Source: Octopus sinensis (taxonomy: Eukaryota). From it: DNA of 31,277 bases. The notes beneath the pieces are model-generated. The model did no database searches. It had not been told where the DNA came from and saw only the letters and a program-made list of their open reading frames with translations. Each line of letters opens with the position of its first letter. Position 1 is the stretch's first letter. The stretch covers positions 1-31,277 of the forward strand of contig NW_021832328.1 in the NCBI RefSeq assembly GCF_006345805.1, given 5' to 3'. The position numbers were made by a program, and so were the translations under genes. Below are positions 19,371 to 28,367 of this stretch, one piece after another.

Positions 19371-22330
19371 TGTTTCTTTATTAGCCACACAGGGCTGCAC
19401 ACAGATAGAACAAATTACAAGGTAGAGCTTTTCTTTTGAAGGTATTAAAAAAAAAAAAAAAAAAAAAAAAAAGGAAGGGGGAGGTTCGATCAAAAGGGAT
19501 CGTAAAAGGAGAGAAAGAGGACAAAAATAAGGGGGGTTAAAAAAAAAAAAAAAAAAAGGGGGGGGGGAGAGGAAAAAAAATGATCAATAGGGATCGTTAT
19601 CACAGAAATGTCAATATGAAGTGTAAAGGGGAGGACAGGTGAGGTTTACCCGTGGAAAGAAAAGCCTGCGGAAAAGACCACGGTAACCTCGGTCAATGAA
19701 GTCACATTTTATATTTCTTTTTTTTTTTTTTTTTTTTTTGCAAATAAGCAACTCTCTGTTTTCGATTTCTGGGTTCATAGGACTATGCTCAAGGTGGCTT
19801 CGTCATTCATACGTGCCATTCTTGCTACATTCACCCATCTTTTTTTTTAAAACATTCGCTAGACAAAACTTGCCTCTCTACTCTCACTTTCCTTTTCAAG
19901 TGGTACTTGAAGAAGTTGATGAGAGATTGACCAGAGAGGAAAGTGTTTGTCTCCAATCCTTTCAGACGCGTCCACCAGATACATTCTTTCGCCATAGCCA
20001 CAAGGATGATGAAAATAGCTCTTCCTTCCCGTTTGAAGGAAGGAGGCGTGACAATATTGACGATAGACTCAGCTGATAAACCGACTCGTCCCACACGTGA
20101 CAGCAGTTGTTCGACATAAGCCCACAGGTCGGAAATTGTTGGACACTGAACGAGTGCGTGCAGAACGGTTTCGTCGCTCTGACCGCATCTCGGGCAGGTC
20201 GGCCCCGTGTTTCTCGAGCCGTGTCTGTAGAGCTTATCCCGAACGGGTAGCGCTTCTCGGTAGCACTGCCAGGCCAGGGATCTCTGGAAGTTGTCCATGG
20301 GCCCTGGCCCGAAAGTCGTCCCGAACAGGCGGGTCAGGTACTCCTCGTCGACGTCCAGGTTCGCCCCGAGCTCGTCGTCGTACCTCCCCTCCACTAAACC
20401 CCTATAGAATGCTTTGGTTGTGTTGAAGTCACTTAAGGTCGACCCAGGACGGCAGAGTTGCTTGAGAGCAACGCGACACTCGCGGTGCCATTCGCCCTTC
20501 CTCGGCCTCTTTTTGATCCACGACTGCAGTTCAGTCATGGAGACGAGCTGCGGGAAAGCGTGCCTCACAAACGGCGACCACACCTGTTCACCGTCGTCTA
20601 CATAGAGCCAGAGATGTCGCAGTCTCAGCGCGTGTCTGCGCATCATCAACCACGGCATGCCCAGCCCTCCTTTTAACGGGTGTTGACAGCAAATGGATCG
20701 CCTGACCATCGGGACGCATCCTTTCCACAAGAAGCGAAAGAGGATGCGTTGTAGTTTGGTGATGGTAGGGTCGGGACAAGGTACGACGGTCAGGCGGTAG
20801 TAGATGACGGACGCGATGTACGTGTTCGCCACCTCCGCTCGACCTTTTAGGGACAGTTTCCTCTCGGCCCATTGCCGGGCGAGAGTGACCACCCTACTCG
20901 TTATCTCGTTCCAGTTCTTCTCCACTTGGAGGTCCGGACCAAACCAGACCCCGAGCAACTCAAACGGGCCGTCGGTCCAGCGTCCCACGACGGAGGCGCT
21001 GGTGGACGGCATGGGCTTGCTTCTCCAGGTGCCTAGTCGCAAGCCCACTGACTTTTCCCGGTTGATTTTCGCTCCTGTCACCGCTTCGTAGTTTTTCAGT
21101 GTCTCGCCGACCAGCTCGATGTGCTCGTGGCTAGACACTATGACGGTGACGTCGTCCGCGTATGCAGACACGCTCGTCCCGCATCCCAATTCTCGCGGGA
21201 TGCCCCTTAGAGTCGCCAGCTTCCGCAGTAGTGGCTCAAGAGTCAATACGTATAGAAGCGCCGAGAGGGGGCATCCCTGACGGACCGAACGTGCAATGTC
21301 GAAAGGTCTCGATAGATGTCCATTTACGCGAATTACCGAACGGATGCCTCTGTACAAGGCAGCTATCCAGCCGCGGAAGACGGGACCGAAACCAGCCGCT
21401 CTCAGGACTGCCTCCAAGTATCGATGGTCTACCCTATCAAAGGCTTTTGATTGATCCAAGTTGATCAGGGCCCCACCCATGCCAGGTTCGTTAACTACCC
21501 TGTCTATGATGTAGCGCATCAGATGGAGGTTGTCATGGATGGTCCGGCCTGGCACGGCGCATGTTTGCGCCTTGTCGACCAGTTTCTCGATGACAAGCGC
21601 CAACCTCTTGGCTAGCACCTTGGCCAAAATTTTCAAGTCTGCATTAAGCAGAGTGATGGGCCTAAAGTTATCTATTACATTTCCCTTGTTTAGATCTTTC
21701 TTCAGCAGTGTTACGGCTCCTCGGCTCACAAAACCAGGAATGCTCCCGTTTTGCTGCCAGTTGCAGTACACCGCCGCCAAGAGATCTCCAAACAAGTCTG
21801 GCATACAATTGTAAAGCTCGTAGGGTAGACCATCCAAACCCGGTGATTTGTCCCTCGAGCATTCTGCCATCGCTTCCCGCACTTCCGCCGCCGTGATGCA
21901 CTTCGCAGCACCTGCCTTTCTGTCGAGAGTCGTGGTAGGCTATGTAGGTAGGCACTGAAGTCCACCCTACGTTCTTGCCTCCACTCGTTCCGAACAGTCG
22001 GGCAAAATGCTGCTGAAAGGCCTCACACATTTTACTTGGCTCGAGCAATTCGCGCCCCTGTTCATCTACCAGTGACCGAATGGTGGCTTTGTTGCCCTGT
22101 TGCGCCTCTGCCCACGGGCCTCTCTCGCGGCTCCAACACCTTCGTTCCTTAGAGCACGCATCCTAGCTCTGACAGCACATCCTTCGTGTTGGCGTTGAAG
22201 TGTTGGTCGAGGGCCAACCTCGCCGCCAAAACGTCGGATGCGATGCCGCTTCTAATTGCCTCTTCTAGCTTCTTAACTACCTCACCCTCTACTCTATTTC
22301 TATCTATGGCTAGTGCTTTGCTGTACCTAA
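19371..22330 (-). mobile_element. 5'-truncated L1/Tx1-clade non-LTR retrotransposon
   Basis: ORF2 RT and zf-RVT, a pyrimidine-rich 3' UTR, and a 3' end ...GCAGCCCTGTGTGGCTAATAAAGAAACA then (TATC)n. The 5' break lies in the post-APE linker (IRYSKALAIDRNR); no APE or ORF1. Confidence 0.93.
19831..21897 (-). CDS. LINE ORF2 fragment: reverse transcriptase + C-terminal CCHC zinc knuckle (zf-RVT); truncated copy
   Basis: KSPGLDGLPYELY, NFRPITLLNADLKILAKVLAKRL, LDQSKAFDRVDH, SVRQGCPLSALLY, AYADDV, KINREKS, LLGVWFG and CPRCGQSDETVLHALVQC. Several frameshifts upstream of ~21900 and a probable slip in an A9 run at the C-terminus. Confidence 0.93.
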   Translation of the reverse strand: MTAAEVREAMAECSRDKSPGLDGLPYELYNCMPDLFGDLLAAVYCNWQQNGSIPGFVSRGAVTLLKKDLNKGNVIDNFRPITLLNADLKILAKVLAKRLALVIEKLVDKAQTCAVPGRTIHDNLHLMRYIIDRVVNEPGMGGALINLDQSKAFDRVDHRYLEAVLRAAGFGPVFRGWIAALYRGIRSVIRVNGHLSRPFDIARSVRQGCPLSALLYVLTLEPLLRKLATLRGIPRELGCGTSVSAYADDVTVIVSSHEHIELVGETLKNYEAVTGAKINREKSVGLRLGTWRSKPMPSTSASVVGRWTDGPFELLGVWFGPDLQVEKNWNEITSRVVTLARQWAERKLSLKGRAEVANTYIASVIYYRLTVVPCPDPTITKLQRILFRFLWKGCVPMVRRSICCQHPLKGGLGMPWLMMRRHALRLRHLWLYVDDGEQVWSPFVRHAFPQLVSMTELQSWIKKRPRKGEWHRECRVALKQLCRPGSTLSDFNTTKAFYRGLVEGRYDDELGANLDVDEEYLTRLFGTTFGPGPMDNFQRSLAWQCYREALPVRDKLYRHGSRNTGPTCPRCGQSDETVLHALVQCPTISDLWAYVEQLLSRVGRVGLSAESIVNIVTPPSFKREGRAIFIILVAMAKECIWWTRLKGLETNTFLSGQSLINFFKYHLKRKVRVERQVLSSECFKKKDG

Positions 22331-22555
22331 TAGATAGATAGATAGATAGATAGGAAGAGGTGGGTAGATTATGTAGATAAATAGACAGAGATGGGCAGAT
22401 TAGGTTGGTAGGTAGATAGATAAATAGTTAGATAGAAAAATAGATAGAGAAAGAGCGAGAGTGTGTGAGAGAGAAAGAGAGAGAGTTTGGGAGAGTACGT
22501 AGGTAGACAGATAGATTGATAGGTAGGTAGGTAGGTAGATAGGTAGATAGGTAGG

Positions 22556-22634
<79 letters not shown>
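22331..22634. repeat. (GATA)/(GA)/(GGTA)n tract, right part of the Tx1 target
   Basis: (TAGA)n begins immediately at the LINE 5' break. Confidence 0.95.
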
Positions 22635-22716
22635 GCTATTCAGTAAAAGAGAAGAATAACAATCATGTTTCGCTCATGTACAGGGGGAGGGGAATTGATT
22701 AGGGTGTCATTAAGGA

Positions 22717-22881
22717 CTAAGAATTGATCGACGGGAGGTGTGCATATGTGATAGTTAGGAACGTAACGATACCAAAGCTAAGAGCTAGAAGCAGACAGCT
22801 GAACAAAAATGTCGCTCCCGGTTCTATGACGGCGTTAAGTCCTCCGTTGACCCCCGAGTCGCCTATTCGGTCGGGCACCTG
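22717..22881 (-). other. Candidate terminal coding exon with hydrophobic C-terminus (unverified)
   Basis: GC-richer unique island with a branch-like TGCTAAT and CTCCAG/CAG acceptor. Frame QVPDRIGDSGVNGGLNAVIEPGATFLFSCLLLALSFGIVTFLTITYAHLPSINS*. No homologue recognised. Confidence 0.25.
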
Positions 22882-23094
22882 CTGGAGAAGTTCAAATCTT
22901 TTGTAACGAAATTAGCACTGTTAGCAAGCAGCAGCAACAGCAGCAGTAGTAGCACCCTTTTTCTTGTTGTTATTGTTGTTGTTTATATTTTGTTCATTTA
23001 TTTTATTATATTTTGTTTTCTTTTTTATTCACAATGCATTCTCCGTTCTCTATACTCCTTTGTCTCTTTCTATCTTTCTTTATCTCCTGACTAC

Positions 23095-23533
23095 ACCCTG
23101 TGTGTGTGAGTGTGTATGTGTGTATTCATATATATATACACACATACACACATACACCCACATATATATGCATACATACATGTATACAAAAAGACACGCA
23201 TATATAAGTATATATATATGCATATACATATATATACATATTTATATGTATTATGTATGCATGTGTGTGTATATATATATATATATACACACACACGCAC
23301 ATATATATACAGGTATACATAATCAAATACATACATATATACACACACATATGTATGCATACACACACATTTATATGTATATATGGATGTATGTATATTA
23401 TTAGATAGATCAGTCATTTAAATATTTCTGCTATTCATTTCTTACTATTTCTACGAGGTATATATGTGTGTGTGTGTGTGTGTGTGTATGTTTATCCACA
23501 AGATATACGTATATTAGTGTGTATGTGTGTGTG

Positions 23534-23578
<45 letters not shown>

Positions 23579-23628
23579 ATATATATATATATGTATATCT
23601 ACAAGGTATATGTATGTTAGTGTGTGTT

Positions 23629-23667
<39 letters not shown>

Positions 23668-23740
23668 GTGTGTGAGTATTAATGTGTATGTGTGTGTGTG
23701 TGTTTGTGTGTGTATGTGTGCGTGTGTGTGTGTGTGTGAC
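23095..23740. repeat. Compound (AT)/(AC)/(GT) microsatellite region
   Basis: Direct inspection. Confidence 0.9.
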
Positions 23741-24227
23741 CACATCTTTTTCTATACTCAACTTTTTTGTCAATTCACTTTTATTTTGTCTTTCATCTTT
23801 TCTTCCATTTTCCCACCCATTTCCCACCCGTTCTCTTTCTGCTCCTCCTTTCTCTTCCTCATGATTCTCCACCCCTGCTCCTGCATCCCACCTGTCTCCC
23901 CATCTCCCCTCCCTTACCACTCTTCCACCTCACCCCTCCCTTCCTCCTCTTCCTCCACCCTTACTAATTGCTGGTGTAGTAGTAGTAGTCACCAGTTTTA
24001 ATTGTCATAGTTCTGAGGATGCTAGTGTTCAACTAAATGCTGGTTATGGCGAAGGTGGCTATGGTGATAGTAGCTATGGCGATGGTAGCTATCGTGATGG
24101 GGGTTATAATGGTAACAAATCACAAATGCTTTTCTGGTGGTACGGTTTGGTAGTAACGATTCACTTGTGGATTTTCCCAGACTCACTCTTATCCAGTCAT
24201 GTTATTATTAAATCCTTTCTACCATAC

Positions 24228-24619
24228 TCTTTTACTTGTTTCAGTCATTTGAACGTGGCCTTGCTGGAGCACCGCCTTTTGTCGAGCAAAACGACACCAG
24301 GACTTATTCTTTGTAAGCCTAGTACTTATTCTATTGGTCTTTTTTGCCGAACCACTAAGTTACGGGGACGTAAGCACACCAGCATCGGTTGTCACGCGAC
24401 GTTAGGGGGGGGGCACAGAAGCACAAACATATATACACACACACATATATATATGCGATGGGCTTCTTTCAGTTTCCGTCTACCAAATCCACTCACAAAG
24501 CTTTGGTAGGCTCGAAGGCTATAGTAAAAGACACTTGCCCAAGGTACCACGCATTGGGACTGAACCCGGAACCATGTGATTCGTAAGCAAGCTACTTACC
24601 ACACAGCCACTCCTACGCC
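24228..24619 (-). mobile_element. Full-length SINE type A
   Basis: Head GGCGTAGGAGTGGCTGTGTGGTAAG, B box GGTTCAGTCCC and short internal microsatellite. Probable TSD core TACCATA at 24220-24226 and 24623-24629. Confidence 0.92.
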
Positions 24620-24630
24620 TATTACCATAA

Positions 24631-24775
24631 AGAACAAAGCCTAAAATTTGGTGGAAGGGTCTAATCAATTACTTGTGATCACCTGGTACTTAATTTATCG
24701 ACCTCAAAATGATGAAAGTCTTCAAGTCGATCTCAGTGGAATTTGAACTCAGATCGTAAAGACTGACGTAATGCT
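24631..24775 (-). mobile_element. Partial SINE type C
   Basis: CTGGTACTTAATTTATCGACC...GGAATTTGAACTCAGA blocks. Confidence 0.7.
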
Positions 24776-24809
24776 ACAAAATAATGCTTAGCAAGATTGA
24801 ATCCGCCTT

Positions 24810-24942
24810 TACGACCTGAGTTCAAATCCCGCCGTGGTCGACTTTGCCTTCCATAAATTAAGTACCACTCCAGCACTGGGATCGATGTAATCCTCTAGTC
24901 TCCCTCCTTAAAATTTTAGGCCTTGTGCTTAGAATAGAAAGG

Positions 24943-24945
<3 letters not shown>
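24810..24945 (+). mobile_element. Partial SINE type C with (ATT)n tail
   Basis: GAGTTCAAATCCCGCCGTGGTCGACTTTGCCTT...AGGCCTTGTGCTTAGAATAGAAAGG, then (ATT)n to ~25004. Confidence 0.75.
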
Positions 24946-24988
<43 letters not shown>

Positions 24989-25004
24989 TATTATTATTAT
25001 TATT

Positions 25005-25506
25005 GAGTGAGAGAGCAGTTCATGCCATCAAAGTGACACTGGGGTAAAATATACGAAGCCCAATATACCCATCATGACTACCCATCTGATAAGGGCACAC
25101 CAGGCACATGCATCACAACCAAATGTGCGCGACATAGTGATCTCATATCAAGATAAACAGCACATGACCTTGCAGGTGGGGTCCAGTTAGAATTTTCTTC
25201 AGGTTGAGTAGCCCATCCCGCTCAAACGGTCCCTGAATATGGGTTGTTTAAGGATGTTGAAAAAACCACCCATGTTTCCAGAGGTGAATTATTCAAGCCA
25301 CAACGAATCCCTCTCAACACATGGCTATGATGCTCCCCCATTACTTCTGCTCGTGATCAGAGATGCACATATCGTCAGCCACTAAGGGACATGCTCAACT
25401 GGTTAAGGTCAAACAACTGACAAGCAAATTTGTGGTATTGAGCAGGATATTTGCTGTAGCCCATCTTTTATACCAAGACAAAACAATGTACATGATAACA
25501 CTTCCA

Positions 25507-25507
<1 letters not shown>
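25005..25507 (-). mobile_element. Unclassified ~500-bp (AAT)n-tailed retroposon-like repeat, copy 1
   Basis: Colinear with 26526-27006. On the minus strand it ends ...CTGCTCTCTCACTC followed by (AAT)n. No ORF and no clear Pol III boxes. Confidence 0.75.
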
Positions 25508-25551
<44 letters not shown>

Positions 25552-25627
25552 TTATTATTATTTTATTATTATTATTATCATTATTATTATTATTATTATC
25601 ATTATTATTATTGTTGTTGTTGTTGTT

Positions 25628-25856
25628 GTTGTTGTTGTTATCCTCATAGCCGGTGACCTGACAGAATCGTTAGTACGTCGGACAAAAAGCTTAGCGGCAT
25701 TTCGTCCGTCTTTACGTTCTAAGTTCAAATTCCACCGAGCTCGACTTTGCCTTTCATCCACTCAGGGGTCGACAAAATAAGTACCAGTTGCAATGTAATC
25801 GAATAGCTCCCTTCTCCCCAAATTTCAGGCCTTCTGCCCAAGTGAGAACAGAAAGT
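25628..25856 (+). mobile_element. SINE type C
   Basis: GACCTGACAGAATCGTTAG head, AAGTTCAAATTCC B box, CCCCAAATTTCAGGCCTT tail. Confidence 0.85.
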
Positions 25857-25879
25857 GAACTGGATAGCAGTTCCCTTTC

Positions 25880-26040
25880 CATTCAGTTTCTGAAAAGATA
25901 AAGAACTGTGCCCAAAATGGATAGAATGAATGCGCCTATAGATTGGAGATCAGGAGAGAGAGCTCGTATCTTTGGTGGCCAGGGTAATCCTGGATCTGTG
26001 GGGATTCTTTGATTGGCCCTAGTTGGAGTTTCTCCTGTAT
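25880..26040 (-). pseudogene. Possible Tc1/mariner transposase relic
   Basis: Minus frame ...LPWPPKIRALSPDLQSIGAFILSIL loosely resembles the WPP.SPDLNP.D..IW.IL motif of Tc1/mariner DD(D/E) domains. Weak. Confidence 0.25.
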
Positions 26041-26096
26041 AAAGAGGACGGCATCATTCATGTAATCTTATTTTTTGTATACCATGTATATTTTTA

Positions 26097-26380
26097 GTGG
26101 AGGCACATGGCCCAGTGGTTAGAGCAGTGGACTCGCGGTCGAGGGAGCGCGGGTTCGAAATTAAGACTGCGTGATGTATGTGTTTATGAAAGAAATACCT
26201 AAGTTCCACGTGGCTTCGGCGGAAGGTAATGGCTACACCTTTTTCTCATTCTTTCCTCCTGCATCTAATAGCTCACCTGCGACGTATCTGCATTTCGTCT
26301 AGGTGGGGAACCTATACGCCAATGAAACCAGGAAACCGGCCCTTATGAGCGAGGCATGGCTTGACAATGAACAAATAACA
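26097..26380 (+). mobile_element. tRNA(Arg)-like SINE type B, tail 3 (V-SINE-like)
   Basis: Head GTGGAGGCACATGGCCCAGTGGTTAG...GGGTTCGAAA, diverged type B centre (ACCTAAGTTCCACGTGGCTTCGG), tail CACCTGCGACG...TATACGCCAATGAAACCAGGAAACCGGCCCTTATGAG. Confidence 0.8.
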
Positions 26381-26525
26381 TATATACTTTTACCGCATTT
26401 CATCTCTTTCATATCTTAACCCCACCCCATCCTTTATGTAAATCCTCACACAGCTTCTTTTCTGTCCTTGTGATGTCACCCTCATCTTAGCTCTGTGACT
26501 AATATAAGACATTATCATTATTACC

Positions 26526-27006
26526 GAGTGAGAGTAGTGCATGCCACTGGGGTAAATTATACGAAGCCCAGTATACTCCTCATGACTACCTGTCTGGCAA
26601 GGGTACACCAGGCACATGCATCATAACCATATGCGCGCAACATAGTGATCTCATATCAGGGTGAACAGCGCATGACCTTGCCCAGTTAGAATTTTCTCAA
26701 AAGGTCCTTGAATAAGGGTTGTTTAAAGGATGCTGAACGAAACACCCATGTTTCCAGAGGTGGATTATTCAAACCCCCCAAAATTCCTCTCAACACATGG
26801 CTATGACGCTTCCCCAATGCTTCTTGCTCATGATCAGAGATGCACATATCGTCAGCCACTAAGTGACAAGCTCAACTGGTTAAGGTCGAGCAACTGATAA
26901 GCATATCTGTGATATTGAGCAGAATATTTGCTGTAGTTCATCTTTTATACCAAGACAAAGCAGGTACGTGATAACACTTGCAATCAGTTAAGATCAGAAG
27001 CCATGA
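26526..27006 (-). mobile_element. Unclassified repeat, copy 2 (with internal deletions, extends further 5')
   Basis: Shares long blocks with 25005-25507, e.g. GATCAGAGATGCACATATCGTCAGCCACTAAG and TTTTATACCAAGACAAA. Confidence 0.75.
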
Positions 27007-27034
27007 AAGACAGTACCTAGTACTGTATCAGGCC

Positions 27035-27036
27035 AT

Positions 27037-27079
<43 letters not shown>

Positions 27080-27203
27080 TTTCTTCTTCTTCTTCTTCTT
27101 CTTCTTCTTCTTCTTCTTCTTCTTCTTCTTCTTCTTCTTCTCCTCCTATCCTCCTCCTCCTCCTCCTATCCTCCCCCTCCTCCTTCTTATCATCATTATC
27201 ATT

Positions 27204-27268
<65 letters not shown>
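27035..27268. repeat. Compound (ATTT)-(CTT)-(CCT)-(CAT)-(ATT) microsatellite
   Basis: Direct inspection. Confidence 0.95.
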
Positions 27269-27269
<1 letters not shown>

Positions 27270-27451
27270 GCACGCCAGACGAAATGCTGTTAAGCACTTT
27301 GTCGTTACGTTCTGGGGTTAAATTCCGAGGTCGAGTTTGCCTTTCATTCTTTCGGTGTCGATAAAATATATATACCAGTTAAGTAATGGAATCGTTGTAA
27401 TCGACTCGTACCCTCTCTGAATTTTAGGCCTTGTCCCTATAGGGGAAAGGA
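27268..27451 (+). mobile_element. Degenerate SINE type C
   Basis: TAGCACGCCAGACGAAATGC, GAGGTCGAGTTTGCCTTTCATTCTTTCGG and AGGCCTTGTCCCTATAG blocks. Confidence 0.75.
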
Positions 27452-28357
27452 TTGCACCTGGAGTGCCAGCAAGCGCTCGCAGCCTTCTTCCAGTCGCGCA
27501 ATATAGTCGGTGGAAGTTCCAGATTGCAGTTCTATAAGAGATTAGCGACGACGCCTGCAGGGAAACTGGACGTTGATGAAGGTCAATCAGGTGGTTTGTA
27601 CCGGAGGACTTTCGGGCCTATGGATAATTCCCAGAAATCCCTGGACTTGTAGTGCAACCGAGGACAGTGCCGGTTTGAAGACTATCTCTCTAGACAGGGA
27701 AATGCTGTCGGACGAAACTCTCCGAGATGTGCACAGAGCGATGAAACCGTTTTGCATCATTCGCCTACTGTTCGGCTATTGTTGACTTATGAAACTTTGT
27801 CGAACAGATGTTGTCACGAGTAGGGCGGATCCGGTTATCGGTTACTAGTTTTTTTTTTGTTTTTTGTTTTTTTTTGCTGGGAAGGGCAGGCAGTTTTCCT
27901 GGCTGGTGTCTATGGCGAAAGAGGTAGTGTGGTAGACAAGATTTGAAATGACTGAAGACAAATACTTTCCTTTTCAGCCAAGTTCCACTTGAAAAAGGAA
28001 AGTGAAGATGGAGAGGGAAGTGTTCCTCCTCACTCAAATCGTTTTGTTGAAACGTGGGTGAATGTGATGAGGATGGCTCGTGTAAATGGGCCTACTCTGA
28101 AATGCACTTGTAAGCCGCAGGAGATGAAGAGGAGAGATGTTCCTGCATGGGATGCCCTTGGAGATCAGAATGAGCATAATGTGTGACGTTTCTTGGTTGC
28201 CCATGAACGGAAGTTACCCCTTTAAGTGAATTATTTTGTTTAAATTTTGTTGTTAATTGTTATTGCTTTATTGTTGCTTACACTTGTTTGTGTTAGACCC
28301 CACTTTTCCCTAGTTTTTGGATTGTCTTTTTCTTTTGTTCTGTATTCAGCCCTTGCG
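27452..28357 (+). mobile_element. Older, degenerate 3' fragment of a related Tx1-clade LINE
   Basis: Broken frames HLECQQAL...FYKRL...LDVDEGQ...TFGPMDNSQKSL, PRCAQSDETVLH, VEQMLSRVGRIRLS and WVNVMRMARVNG align by eye to the C-terminus of the 19831-21897 ORF. The 3' end is TTCAGCCCTTGCG. Confidence 0.85.
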
Positions 28358-28367
28358 ATGAGCAGAC

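Noticed and set aside
19696-22048. Plus-strand and alternate-frame ORFs overlapping the LINE
   Set aside because: Antisense or off-frame shadows of the GC-rich RT ORF. The 21668-22048 and 21726-21965 minus ORFs contain frameshifted pieces of the same ORF2 linker and are not separate genes.
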